Below, in pieces: positions 38,642-51,927 of a DNA stretch of 64,000 nt. The notes under the pieces are model-generated. The model did not search any database. It saw only the letters and a list, made by a program, of their open reading frames with translations, and was not told the origin of the DNA. Each line of letters begins with the position of its first letter. Within the stretch, counting starts at the first letter, position 1. Origin of the DNA: Octopus bimaculoides (taxonomy: Eukaryota); contig NC_068983.1 of NCBI RefSeq assembly GCF_001194135.2, positions 14,807,495 through 14,871,494 of the forward strand, read 5' to 3'. The translations under genes and the position numbers were made by a program.

Positions 38642-38938
38642 ATACCGCGAAGCATTTCGCCCGGCGTGCTAGCGATTCTGCCTGTTCGCCGTCTGCTTTG
38701 TGATCGAATATTGCATAAATATTGTAACTCCATGTTTAAATTAAGTAACACTGAAATCTGAACTGGGTTTCATAAAGGCCATGCAGGAAATTAGCGGACG
38801 TGTGTCTTGTTTGCAACATTTTGTCGATTAAAAGTATAATGATCCTTATTCTCATGCGCTAAATTGTATTTTTGCTTGTTGTTTGTTTAATGCCCGTGTA
38901 TGTACACACATATGTACGTACGTACCTACGTATGTATG

Positions 38939-38971
<33 letters not shown>

Positions 38972-39149
38972 GTGTATAGATGTATGTATGTATATGTCTA
39001 CATGCATTCATACATACGCACACACCTACATGCACACATACACACAGAGAGTACATTCCAGAAGGCATTGTAATTGACTATCTATAACAAACAATCTCTC
39101 AAAGTTAAAGTCAGCATCACAACCGCTTTGCACGAAATTATCAGCCTAA

Positions 39150-41210
39150 TTATAAAATATGTATGTATCTATGTCCTGTTCTCTTTGTAATTATATAAAT
39201 GTTTCCTCTTTGGAAAGGAGTTGATTTCTAATAAAGATACGAAACTGTATTGTTGAAATGTGGATAACAAAACAATGTTGTGTTTTAAAACTGCACAAAT
39301 GTATTGAATAATCTTACTTTTCCATTAACAGATTGTATTTGTAACGTGCAAGTTAGTGGGTTGATTTCTTTTTCTGGAAATACAAGCGTATCCAGATTAT
39401 CAGTTACGCAATTATCATTGGTATAAACGTGAATTTATAATCTGGATATAGAAGCTGATGTCTCCAAGCAGCTGCCCATAATTATCCACTTTCTCTTTGA
39501 TATTTAAAGAGTTTTACATCAACAGAACCGCTGACCTATATGACGGTTCATAACATTTTCTTATCTGTTCCAAACAACAATATTCGGCCTGTTATGCTTA
39601 GAATTGACAGATGTTTTGATGTATTTCTTGTGTTGATATTTGTGTATGCATTCATCAACAAGTGAATTCTCTATATTTATTCCTGGATAGCCTTTCTTCG
39701 GAATGGCATTATATATTGTTTTCGCGACATATGTCGCATAAGGAGGTACTGCCTTGATGACATTTCTGAGCAACTGCTAATTACATGTGTGATGTCTTCC
39801 ACAAAAATAAAACATAAACTAAATTTTTTGTTGTTTCTTGGAACTTCAAGAACTTCACTGTCTCTTTTGTTGATTAGTTATTTAGTAGTAATCTCCTGTT
39901 TCTGGATTACAAATGCTTCGTATCGATATCTGTATTCTTCAAGTCTTCGGGAAGCATTCCCATGCCTTGTCGTTTTTGGATATGCTGAGCGTTTCAAATC
40001 CAGATCTTCCTTGAGGTATGTTAGTCCTGCTGTTTGGAGGTTGTATGGGAGAATATAAGGAAGAGAGTGCTTCTTGAGGAGCTCACTGCCGACAAGTAAG
40101 ACATTGTTCTCTTCGTTTCTTAACACTAAGTTGGTGTATTTATTTTTGCTGCCGTTGTTTATCAAGTACTGTATGGGAGTAACTATAGGACATACGAAGA
40201 CTGTCTCCACTGATTTCGTGTTTCTACCTTTTTCATCACTTCTTAGCTTGTCACTATCACTATTTCTGTGATTTTTCACTTGATGCCACCATCTTGCGAG
40301 TTTTAACATATGTGGAGTGCATTTCCTCTCTAGACCAGTCAAGTATCACAAATGTTGGAGACAGCAGTGATACTTCAGATGCATTGTACAGTGTTGTCTT
40401 GTAAGAGAAGAGTTACGTCTGCCATATTCTTCTATGTCTAGCATGTTATTCTTGGGACACTCTATGTTTATTTACGGTACCTTCATATGATATGTCTCCA
40501 TCAGTGCCCAGGTACTTGTAGCATATTTGTGAGATAGTGATACCATTGATGCATTAGGTCTTGTGTCTGGAGAACTGGTTTTCTGCGTTCAACAGTCAAA
40601 TATGAACGATTCTCTAAGCCAAATTCCATTTCTTTATAAACTGAAAATGTCATTAATTCCAGCTGTGTTTTCCTTTTTAGAATTGTTAACATCTACAACT
40701 TAAATCTTAAGGAATTATAGGTTACATTAATATCTCTAACATTTGCAGACACTAGCATCTAGTCAAATGTTCTTGTAGCAGAAATGATAATGGATTTTAT
40801 ACCAAAATGAACAGAATTGCAGCAAGACTATCTCCGTGGAATATTCTCTTTGAAATATTTATAACATTACAGATGATCATTTCGTTCTCCGTTATATGAA
40901 TAAGAATTGTTGCCCAAGTTTTTGTGGGCTTCTCAGTAACAGAAATTAAGGTAGAGGGAAATTTGGCAAATATGGAGACTTCAGCAGCCATGAGTGGGAT
41001 ATAGAGTCGAATTCCTTGCCTTATTAAAGGCATACCATTCAAAGGTACTTACAGTATTTTTCTTTTTTTTTACTTTAGACAGTACATCTTTGTTTATCAA
41101 GTATAGGAATGATAGGCACATACCAATATTCCATTATTCCCTCCTGTTTGTTCATCAGTTACTATGTTGCTGGATTCGCAATCATTATTGAAACTTTATT
41201 CCTTGCTACA
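39150..41210 (-). mobile_element. R4/Dong-like non-LTR retrotransposon (RT + CCHC + restriction-like endonuclease), decayed and 5'-truncated
   Basis: Frameshifted motifs in the expected order: IVTDEQ, LINKDVL, FDSISHSW, RIFHGDSLAAILF, MEFGL, YKYLG, VKTRK, CFIFVEDITHVISSC..RH, VAKTIY, HNRPNIVVWN, KEKVDNY..FIPMII. Confidence 0.88.
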
Positions 41211-42006
41211 CACCAATAAAATGCAATATTGGCCGATTACACCTACCTCCACGTTCTCATTGAATATCAACTCTTCTATAGCTACGAAAACTAAAAATAG
41301 ATTAGGCCGCATTTCCTCTTAGCGTTACAATCAACATTTAATCCAAATAATTTTATAATAAGCCACAGCTTCATATGTAATGTGCAACTGTATCTTGATG
41401 AGTTACCCCCAAAGGCAATAAAGTAAACTGCTCTTAAATAAATAAAGAATGATGCCCCATAACAATTATATGCGAAACGAAAGGAACATCTACAAATCTA
41501 GAAGATTTAAATGAACTTTACATTGGAATGGTAAAGGTTAAATACAAATAATTCTATTTAATTTCATTCTTCAAAAATATATAGAAGATAACTTCATCAA
41601 ATTATCCCATTACATTTGAAGATTAAAAGACAGCGAAATTGAATTACGTTTATGGAACCGTGAAACGCTTACGTTACAGAACAAGAAGGAAAGTTAATTA
41701 TCAACAGGATTATTTAAACTTTATATCCGATATATTTCGCACGTTAAGTCATATTGGAAAATTGGTTTCGGAAAGTAAAAAGTATGCGAAATACATGATT
41801 AAACTTGCCATTTCGAGCGATCATCTTTAACCGCCATAGTGTTCCTCAAATTGATAAATCAATTATGACAGATTTACACGTTGCCACATGAAAGATAGTG
41901 GTAGGAATGCCACAAACCCCACATTTTGCTCTATCTCTTGGCTGAAATAATATCATAGTAGGCTTTTCTATGGAAAATATGAGCTACAATACAGAAACAC
42001 ATACAT

Positions 42007-42411
42007 AGGAGTGGCTGTGTGGTAAGAAGCTTGCTCACCAACCACATGGTTCCGGGTTCAGTCCCACTGCGTGACACCTTGGGCAAGTGTCTTCTACTAT
42101 AGCCTCGGGCTGACCAAAGCCTTGTGAGTGGATTTGGTAGACGGAAACTGAAAGAAGCCCGTTGTATATATGTATATATATATATATGTATGTGTGTTTA
42201 TAAATTTGTTTGTCTGTGTTACACCACCGTCGCTTGACAACCGATGCTGGTGTGTTTACGTCCCCGTAACTTAGCGATTAGGCAAAAGAGACCGATAGAA
42301 TAAGTACTAGGCTTACAAATCATAAGTCCTGGGGTCGATTTTCTCGACAAAAGACGGTGCTCCAGAATGGCCACAGTCAAATGACTGAAACAAGTAAAAG
42401 AGTAAAAGAGT
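42007..42411 (+). mobile_element. SINE-B, full length
   Basis: A/B boxes, CCTTGGGCAAGT motif, internal (TA)n, (TAAAAGAG)2 tail. Confidence 0.92.
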
Positions 42412-43832
42412 ATATACACGCATATAAAAAGCATAAAGACAATGGTATGAAGAGAGTATAGATTAATATTTCGAAAAGATTTCCATATGATTACAACCGT
42501 TTCGTAACCTTCATCATATAGTTATTAAGTTCTATATGCAAAATTATATGCACATTCATATCCTATTAGGCACGCTCAGCATTATACAATAGAGGTGTAT
42601 ATTCACAAACTGATGGCAATAACCAAAGCTCACTAGAAACATTAATGATTATATTCAATTTCAAATATGCTCACGAGATTCACCCTTCATATATATATAT
42701 ATACATATANNNNNNNNNNNNNNNNNNNNNNNNNNNNNNNNNNNNNNNNNNNNNNNNNNNNNNNNNNNNNNNNNNNNNNNNNNNNNNNNNNNNNNNNNNN
42801 NNNNNNNNNNNNNNNNNNNNNNNNNNNNNNNNNNNNNNNNNNNNNNNNNNNNNNNNNNNNNNNNNNNNNNNNNNNNNNNNNNNNNNNNNNNNNNNNNNNN
42901 NNNNNNNNNNNNNNNNNNNNNNNNNNNNNNNNNNNNNNNNNNNNNNNNNNNNNNNNNNNNNNNNNNNNNNNNNNNNNNNNNNNNNNNNNNNNNNNNNNNN
43001 NNNNNNNNNNNNNNNNNNNNNNNNNNNNNNNNNNNNNNNNNNNNNNNNNNNNNNNNNNNNNNNNNNNNNNNNNNNNNNNNNNNNNNNNNNNNNNNNNNNN
43101 NNNNNNNNNNNNNNNNNNNNNNNNNNNNNNNNNNNNNNNNNNNNNNNNNNNNNNNNNNNNNNNNNNNNNNNNNNNNNNNNNNNNNNNNNNNNNNNNNNNN
43201 NNNNNNNNNNNNNNNNNNNNNNNNNNNNNNNNNNNNNNNNNNNNNNNNNNNNNNNNNNNNNNNNNNNNNNNNNNNNNNNNNNNNNNNNNNNNNNNNNNNN
43301 NNNNNNNNNNNNNNNNNNNNNNNNNNNNNNNNNNNNNNNNNNNNNNNNNNNNNNNNNNNNNNNNNNNNNNNNNNNNNNNNNNNNNNNNNNNNNNNNNNNN
43401 NNNNNNNNNNNNNNNNNNNNNNNNNNNNNNNNNNNNNNNNNNNNNNNNNNNNNNNNNNNNNNNNNNNNNNNNNNNNNNNNNNNNNNNNNNNNNNNNNNNN
43501 NNNNNNNNNNNNNNNNNNNNNNNNNNNNNNNNNNNNNNNNNNNNNNNNNNNNNNNNNNNNNNNNNNNNNNNNNNNNNNNNNNNNNNNNNNNNNNNNACAA
43601 ATATATATGTATATACATGTGTGTACATATATATATACTATGCAAATATTCTTTTAAAATAATTTTCATTTACTTTTTCCAAAATTTGATTCTTTTCCAT
43701 ACTTACAGTTCAAAAGGTCTCAATGACTGAAACTGGTACTGAAATATTTTTTTATAAATCTATTTCAGCATTTTCTACCTTGATATTTTTCCATAATTAT
43801 ATCAACTCGTGTGTTCCTTTTCAAACTTCTAC

Positions 43833-43885
<53 letters not shown>

Positions 43886-44120
43886 TGGGGGGGGGGAGTT
43901 ACGTTAGTGTGTGTCTGCACTTGTCCTCCACCCCGTCATCAATTGACAACAGATGCTGATATATTTACGTCCCTGTAACTTAGCAGTTCGGTATAAGAGA
44001 TCGATAGAATAAATACTTGGGTTACAACGAATAAGGCGTGGGGTAGATTTCTTCGACAAAATCCCTTTACGGCGGTTCTCCAGCATGGCCGCGATCAACT
44101 AAGTAAAATAAGTAAAAAAA
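43886..44120 (+). mobile_element. SINE-B 3' half
   Basis: TTTACGTCCCTGTAACTTAGCAGTTCGG..CTCCAGCATGGCCGC. Confidence 0.75.
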
Positions 44121-44786
44121 TAAAAGCATAGGATTTTCATACGCCCCTTCTTTGTGTGGGACTCCATCTCAGATTTTATCTTAGATATTTTTTACAGCTT
44201 TGCCTGAAGTGGAACGCATTGCTATGAAAACATAGAGCGCTTCCGAAATTGAAAAGAAAAATGCAGAAAATTCGGATACCTGACCTAATTAGCCGGATTG
44301 GTTTGATTGCTTCTAAGATAAAACACTTATAGCACACACGGGTTATATGTGCTGCTAAATCGGTCGGAACTTTAAGTATTTTTAATCTGCAGTCATTTGG
44401 CGGGTACTTTAACGGCTCCAGGTATTTCGAAAAATGTATTCGTTTTGCACAAGAATTGATCGCAAAAGTACTAGATTCTCTGTTTTTCTGATGTGCTTCC
44501 ACATAATATCCGTCTGCAAATTTTCATTCACACAACCTTGGTTAATTCGAGACAAGATAAGACATTTGGACAAGACTTCACGTAATAGTATTGAACCCGG
44601 AACGGCGTAGTTGCAAATCATTGCCAGCAACAAACAATTTTAGTTGTCTGGAACAGTTATCGCTTTCATGTTAGCGAAATGCAGTAAACGCATTTCCAGT
44701 AAAGTGAAAGTAGGAACACCTTTAATCATAGGCCTGTGTGCAGTCTTCAAAAATGGCCTAGGGTTCAAACTATAATGCTGTAACAT

Positions 44787-45172
44787 GGTTGGCTGGCACT
44801 CCGTTGCTTACGATGTCGAGAGTTCTAGTTGATCCGATCAACGGAACAGCCTCCTCGTGAAATTAACGTGCAAGTGGCTGAGTACTCCACAGACACGTGT
44901 ACCCTTAACGTAGTTCACGGGGAGATTCAGCGTGACGCAGCGTAATAAGGCAGGCCCTTCGAATTAGAGGCACAACAGAAACAGGAAGTAAGAGTGAGAG
45001 AAAGTTGTGGTGAAAGAGTACAGCAGGGTTCGCCACCATCCCCTGCCGGAGCCTCGTGGAGCTTTAGGTGTTTTCGCTCAATAAACACTCACAACGCCCG
45101 GTCTGGGAATCGAAACCGCGATCCTACGACCGCGAGTCCGCTGCCCTAACGAGTGGGCCATTGCGCCCCCAC
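44787..45172 (-). mobile_element. SINE family C, full length
   Basis: Homologous to 27947; 13-bp TSD AA(T/C)GCTGTAACAT at 44774 and 45173. Confidence 0.93.
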
Positions 45173-45456
45173 AACGCTGTAACATAAACAACAGCAATAA
45201 ACATAACACTATCAACAACGCTACTCGTTTTCTATTGCAATATTTTTAAAGTAGATTTCGGTAAATTATTTGGCAGGATTATTTTATGTTCTAATCCTAT
45301 TTAAAGTTGATTGCTTACCTTTGAAAATAGGTCAAAATCAGCAACAATAGCGTAGTAATAGTAAATGCAAAACAAATTTTCACTTGATCCTATTGAAAGC
45401 CTTGGATAATACTATGTATGTGTGCCTGTGTGTACTTGTGTACTTCTGTTTGCGTT

Positions 45457-45514
<58 letters not shown>

Positions 45515-45746
45515 NNNNNNNNNNNNNNNNNNNNNNNNNNNNNNNNNNNNNNNNNNNNNNNNNNNNNNNNNNNNNNNNNNNNNNNNNNNNNNNNNNNNNN
45601 NNNNNNNNNNNNNNNNNNNNNNNNNNNNNNNNNNNNNNNNNNNNNNNNNNNNNNNNNNNNNNNNNNNNNNNNNNNNNNNNNNNNNNNNNNNNNNNNNNNN
45701 NNNNNNNNNNNNNNNNNNNNNNNNNNNNNNNNNNNNNNNNNNNNNN

Positions 45747-45795
<49 letters not shown>

Positions 45796-45971
45796 ACATA
45801 CACACACATGCATTTATATGCATACAAATCTATATTCACGCATACACGCGTGTGCACGCACACATATAGGCTCACGCGTACACACGAATATAGCGTGCAT
45901 AAGAATCTAACGAAAAACTGGTTGGGGAATGCTGACTTAGAGAGAAAGAGGAAGAGGGAGAGAGAAAGAGG

Positions 45972-46005
<34 letters not shown>

Positions 46006-47379
46006 GACAGAGAGAAAGACAGAGAGAAAGAGAGAAGATAGAAGAACGAGAAGCTATGAATTATTTTTTTCTATTCAGTTTCTTCTACATTATGCACAGA
46101 CAAATCTTTCGAGTGGTATTCGTCTCCGTGTACGAATTCTTAATCTCAAGTGCATTCAACTGTCTCATCAAGAGCATTAACCTTGTCCTAAATAAGGACA
46201 TGTTTAATATTTTCTTGGTGCCTTACTTTCTTACGAAAAAATCAAGCTAAGTGCATAATGGAATCTAATCTGTCTATAAACTGACATGACCATTCTGTAC
46301 TCTTTGACCTCTACAAGATCATGAAATATTTTTGGCAATGTAAAGTTAGTAACAGTATTGAAAAATTCTCGAGATCGCTTGCTAAAATTCTTGCGATTTG
46401 ACGATCGATTAATTTACTACAGTCATGTAATTGAAGGAGAATAATCTTGTTGCTGTTGTCGAACCGAAGAGATGGAGTTTTCCCCGCTGCTTCAATCACT
46501 AGATTATTGCAGTTTGTTTTGTGTTTATGCTAGAATCACTATAATCTGACATCTTTTTTTGGCTATTTGAATTACTATCACCCAAGCGAGTGGATTATTT
46601 TGAATGATTACTTTTTAATATAACAAGATTGTCATATACACTGACGAAAACAAAGGTTTCTTAGTACTGAGTCGTCTTAGAGACAACCGCGTTGTTTTCT
46701 ATGAAATGCGAACGGACCATACCGGATTATTCTATTGAAGTATAATCAATAAATCCTGACGGGGATAGCGCATTGCTTGTGGTTGCATTATATCAGGAGG
46801 TCATCAATAGTTCAATATACCGTCTAGCTTATATTTGGGGATACGAGGTCTAAGACCTAAAATCTGAAGCCTTAAAGCAGGAGTAATAATTCATTCATAA
46901 CACACACGCAAACACCACCACATACAAGCGCACACATTCAAAAACGTGCGCTTATATATGTATGTCGCTGGTCGATGTCGCATGAATGGAGTGCTATGTA
47001 CAGAAGAGTTTTTTGTTTATTGGTTGTTAAAATGAGGCAATGTCCTCACGAATCGAGTTTTAAGCCATTGCGATCTCTAGGCTAGAACAAGCACACACAT
47101 ACGTGCCTCTGTGTGTTTGAGTGTGTGTGTATATGTGTGCGTGCGTATATGCATGTATGTACGCATGAATATGTGAGTGATGGTTCATTTTTTTGCTATA
47201 TGAGGAAGAATATGAAATTCAACAAGCCACATGATGATCATCATCATCATAATTCGTTCTCATTGAGGCACAAGGCTAACACATTTAAGGGAATGTGGCT
47301 AATCGATTTCATCGATTCAGCAGTTGATTGGTACATCATTTTATCGCTTTCCGTAGTATTTTGGGCTACACAGTGAATA

Positions 47380-47442
<63 letters not shown>

Positions 47443-47630
47443 GTAATGATAATAATAATTATTAGTTTTTTTAATTAATATTATTGTCATTATCATTATA
47501 ATTACCATAATAATAATAACCATTATTATCATCTTCATTATTATTATTATTATTATTGCTATTGTTGTTGTTGTTGGTGGTGGTGTTACTATTGTATCCC
47601 TCATCCTTCGCTTTGATAGCAAATAAATTA

Positions 47631-47843
47631 CCGTATTTTAACGTGTACAAGGAAATGTTTTTTTTCCAAAAATTAGGTTTAAAAAATATGATAATTTCTT
47701 ATACATAGTATTATAATCCCTCACAACACCTTTTTTTTTCCAAATTTTAAGCCCCCAAAATTAGGAGGTTGCTTATACACGTGGGTTCCTTCTACACGTG
47801 GGTTCCTTATACACGTGGGTTCCTTATACACGTTAAAATATAG
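47631..47843. mobile_element. Tc2/Kanga-like (pogo-group) MITE with internal 17-bp tandem repeat
   Basis: TA-flanked TIRs CCGTATTTTAACGTGTACAAG / CTATATTTTAACGTGTATAAG; (TACACGTGGGTTCCTT[A/C])x3. Confidence 0.8.
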
Positions 47844-48029
47844 TAAATCATTGTTGTTGTTGTTGCTGCTGATAATGATGAAGATAATTTTGTTATTACA
47901 ACTACTTCTACTATCAATCGTAGTAGTATCACCAACAACATAATGCTATGCTTATAAGTACACGGGTTAGCAAAAAGATCAAGTACGGTACATTGCTATA
48001 CATTGACATTGTATAAATGTGTGTTGAAG

Positions 48030-49260
48030 CAAGAAATTTTGGAGAGTTTTCAAACAAAGAAAACTCTCCAAAAGGTCGGGAGACCTCAGAGGGCTAATGG
48101 AGGGACACCCACAAAAACAATGGACACCCTTACCGCTAAGGCAGCTGTCCTCTTCCAGTTGGCCTTCATATTTTCAGGCACTTGAAACGGGTTCACTACT
48201 TTGAACCTAGCTCGCCAATCTCGTTCACCTTTGGATAAATTTAGTGAGAAGCAGCACATTCCTCTCCATCCCCAGTTTTAATTTCAAATGAATCTTGAAA
48301 CAGTTGATGAAGGGCTGCATTAAGAAAAATGCATTTATTTTTAGCCCTTTCCACCTCGTCCGCGTCACAACCTCTTTCCCCAAAGCCGCAAGACAAATGA
48401 AAGCTGCCTGCCCTTGCTGGGTCAAGGCAGTAGACCGGACAATCTTCAAAATGAGTTCAGTTAATAGATAATCCTGTCGTAAACAGAAAAGCAGCTGTTT
48501 CACGTAGCTCCTCCTGTCAACAATGCTCAGGGACTGGACAAGTGCGGGCAGAATAATTTTGTTGCTCTGCACACATCTCGCTCAGGTTTTACTGACGACA
48601 CTTCTATGCTTGTAGATTTCCTCACTGGTAGCACTGCCAATCCAAGTATTTTTAGTAATTATCCATGGGACCCGAGCAATATGTCGTCTCAAAAAATCTA
48701 CCCAGTTGACTTTCGTTGATTCTCAGCCCGAAATCTTCGTCACGTTTGCCCACCATTGACCTTCTAAATAGCGCCAACATGGAAATGGCACTCATTGCAT
48801 TGCTTGATTGATAGAGGGTTGTGAGCACTTGCTGAATACCCTGTCTGTGTCTCTGCTTGGTTCAGAACAATTGATCTGTCAAAGAACTGAGCAGTAGAAA
48901 AATGAGTCTGAGAATGGCTACCACAATTGTCCCCCGTCAAAGAATCTTTTGAGATTTCGTAGTCTCAGTGCATTTCTGCACATCATCAAACAAGGAATGC
49001 CTAATCCTTCATGCAGCTGATGTGAGCAGCAAGTGGAGTGCCCAACTTGTAGAATACGTATCTCTAGAGAAAGCAGAAGAGCAGGCGCTCTATTTTCGGC
49101 GAGACGTACATGAACTGCGGTTGTTAGGTGCTAATGTATGATAATATTATAGTGACTTCATTCACATATGCCGGCACAGATCTTTCACACATTTTCCGTA
49201 TGGAGTCATTCTTAATGTCTCTAGTTTCCGCTAGCTTTACAATAATAAAGACAATCACCA
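48030..49260 (-). mobile_element. L1/Tx1-like ORF2 C-terminal fragment and 3' end, decayed
   Basis: IERLLFCFL*..HEGLGIPCLMMCRNALRLRNLKRFFDGGQLW..ARCVQS..ALVQ..YVKQLL..FICLAALGKEVV.RTRWKGL..FKIHLK. Confidence 0.8.
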
Positions 49261-49629
49261 TAAACCAGACCTATAGTCACTAGCAAGGATTACATCACTT
49301 TTATTTTCAGAATTATGATACTCGGGATACATTATTTAATTTCCTTATTTTTTAAGTAACAGAGGGAGGTGTAGATATTTGGCTGTCATTTCTAGCACGT
49401 CGAATGCTCAGGTGGGAGCTTTAACACTTGTTTGCGAGAAAACGTGTTGCAGAGAACTGCAATTATTTTATAGAAGTCATCTCAAAATGTTCTTTTGAGG
49501 GTTTATGAGTTGGCAAAGAGAAAGGATAATGAGTGGAGAAGAAACATTTGAATTTGTTTCGTTTGAATGGAGATGCTACACTTTTTGTATTATGAGACTA
49601 AAGTTCCATTCATAGCATCTGTGATAGAG

Positions 49630-49733
<104 letters not shown>

Positions 49734-50214
49734 GTATGCGCGTGAGTGTATGTGTAAGAGAGATAAAGGGAAAGAAAGAAAGAGATGTCTGCAAACAGTA
49801 CGCCGACTCAGCCTATTTGAGTTGGTATTTGCCAAGATCTAACAATTCGGTAATCGGAGATGGGACGCGGGAACAGTTAAACAGACTCGGTATTGAATGA
49901 CATGGAGTTTGAAAGAGGTATAAGGACGGGTCATATCAATCATTCTAGATCATGACCAACCACGGAACAATCGACGGAATACCATGATGATTTATCTGAT
50001 TGTCATAGAGTTGTCAGTTGCAGATTATCTGTTAATGTCCATTAACAAAATCACGAACAAGCAGCTAATTCTGCTGAACAAACAAGTAAAACGATAGCCA
50101 ATGTAGCAGGAATTCATACGCCACCGCATAAAATAATAATATATTCCAAAATTACACTGGGAATTAGAATACAATCTGTAATTTTTCCATATGATGTATA
50201 ATTCTTTCTACTAT

Positions 50215-50395
50215 AAACACAGGGCCTCAGAGAGGGCTAGTTGATTAAATCGACCTCAGTACTCAACTAGTATTTATTTTATCGACACCGAGAAGATGAA
50301 TGGCGGAGTCGACTTCGGCGGAATGTGTACTCAGAACGTAAAGCTGGAAATCTGCCGCTCAGTACCTTTGTCAACTTTGCTGAAGGTTCTGTCTG
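50215..50395 (-). mobile_element. SINE-A-like, decayed
   Basis: GTCGACTTCGGCGGAATGTGTACTCAGAACGTA. Confidence 0.6.
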
Positions 50396-50812
50396 ATCTG
50401 ATTACCGTCTCACTTATACAGTGTGCTGTATAAGTGAGTGCAAACTTAAATTCTAAAAAAAAGGGAAAATAGAAAGCAGTTTTATAATATAAAAACGATA
50501 TTATCCGAGAGAAAAATATGCTTAGAATACAGTAAGAAATTTTCTGTCACTTGAATGTAAAACGCAAAGTATACGAATATTTTCAGTAGTTTTCATTCCA
50601 AAAAGTGGCGGCTTTACCTTTTATTTATTTGGATGTGACAAAGAGCTTTGGTAAAATACCTAAAGATTTGGCTATCAGACGTTTAGTTACAGAACTTCAC
50701 ATCCTGAGCTCAAATCCATCTGAGGTCAATTTAGCTTTTCCTCCTTTCGAGGGTTGAACCCGTATAATAACAGTAATATCATGGATTCGAATTTTACCAA
50801 CTATAATTGTAT

Positions 50813-51205
50813 CCCTATATGCATGTGAGATATGGGCCTTGACGAAGACAGAGCAACATCTCGTTACGATGCAGAGAGCTATGGAAAGGCCGATGCTGGG
50901 AATCTTGCTAAGAGATCATATTCGGAACGAGGAGACCTAGGATAGGACTGGAATGAAATACGCCTTCATAGAATACCACCACACAAAGCTACGATGGGCT
51001 GCTCATGCCGCAAGGTTCACAGGTGATATGTGGACCTACGCAGCTGTTGAGTGGTATTAGTGGAAGCGGAAGCGACCGCTCAGAAGATATCCAGGTTGCC
51101 ATATGATTTAAGAAGAATGCTTGGAGCACCATGGAAGAGAATGGCGAGAGCACGAAGGAAATGGAGCGAATGCTGTGACCAGCAGAGCCGACTCGACACC
51201 AGACA
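50813..51205 (+). mobile_element. RTE-clade LINE 3' fragment (distinct from the BovB-like copy)
   Basis: LYACEIWALTK..QRAMERPMLGILLRDHIRNE..LRWAAHAARFTGDMWT..VEWY*WKRKRP..WKRMAR.R..W. Confidence 0.85.
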
Positions 51206-51207
51206 GC

Positions 51208-51322
51208 GCGGCACCTTGGCAAGTGTCTTCTGCTATAGCTTCGGGTCAATCAATACCTCGTGTGTGGATTTGGTAGACGGAAACTGAAAGAAGCCCGTCT
51301 TATATAAATATATATGTATGTA

Positions 51323-51365
<43 letters not shown>

Positions 51366-51500
51366 TTGTCCCCATGACAAATAATGGTGGTATGTTTATG
51401 TCCCCGTAACTTAACAGTTCAGCAAATGAGAACGATAGAATAAGTACTATGCTTACAAAGAATAAGTCGATTTCTTCCACAAAAAACCCCTTTAAGGCAG
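51208..51500 (+). mobile_element. SINE-B, 5'-truncated
   Basis: Starts at GGCACCTTGGCAAGTGTCTTC; internal (TA)(TG)n. Confidence 0.8.
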
Positions 51501-51504
51501 TGTT

Positions 51505-51638
51505 CCTTTCTGTGGAAGAGCGTAAGCTCGAAACGTTAAATACTTTTTCACTTTCTGAGCCTTATACTAATACATCTGTTTGTTTTCTACACCACCTGTC
51601 TTGGTCTTTTGTTTTTGCTTTGTGAATTCTCCCTATAT
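51505..51638 (+). mobile_element. Short Penelope-like unit with degenerate minimal hammerhead
   Basis: CUUU-CUGUGGA-A-GAGC(GUAA)GCUC-GAAAC-GUU/AAA, then a ~100-nt T-rich tail ending CCCTATATA; core has A6U. Confidence 0.55.
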
Positions 51639-51847
51639 AAATATTAATAGAAAAGGTAAGACAACAAAAGAACGAAAGAGACCTTGATATTATGTAAATT
51701 GAGGAATTTATCGGTAAATAATATGTGACAATTATTCGGTAGCCATGATAAAACTCCGAGTTTCGGATGTCGGGGATGGTAGGGGGAACCACGCCACCAT
51801 CACTTCAGTTATCTGGCCATCGAAAATATGCTNNNNNNNNNNNNNNN

Positions 51848-51914
<67 letters not shown>

Positions 51915-51927
51915 ATGTATACGTATA

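Larger units (their letters stand above)
36837..38692 (-). mobile_element. SINE-A split by an insertion (halves 36837-36989 and 38642-38692)
   Basis: ...AAATACCG (36989) and ATACCGCGAAGCATTTCGCCCGGCG (38642) reconstruct the contiguous SINE-A sequence. Confidence 0.85.

Noticed and set aside
45319-45389. Minus-strand exon candidate with AAG|GTAAGC donor and hydrophobic peptide
   Set aside because: Isolated, moderate acceptor, opposite strand to the other candidates; it illustrates the chance rate.
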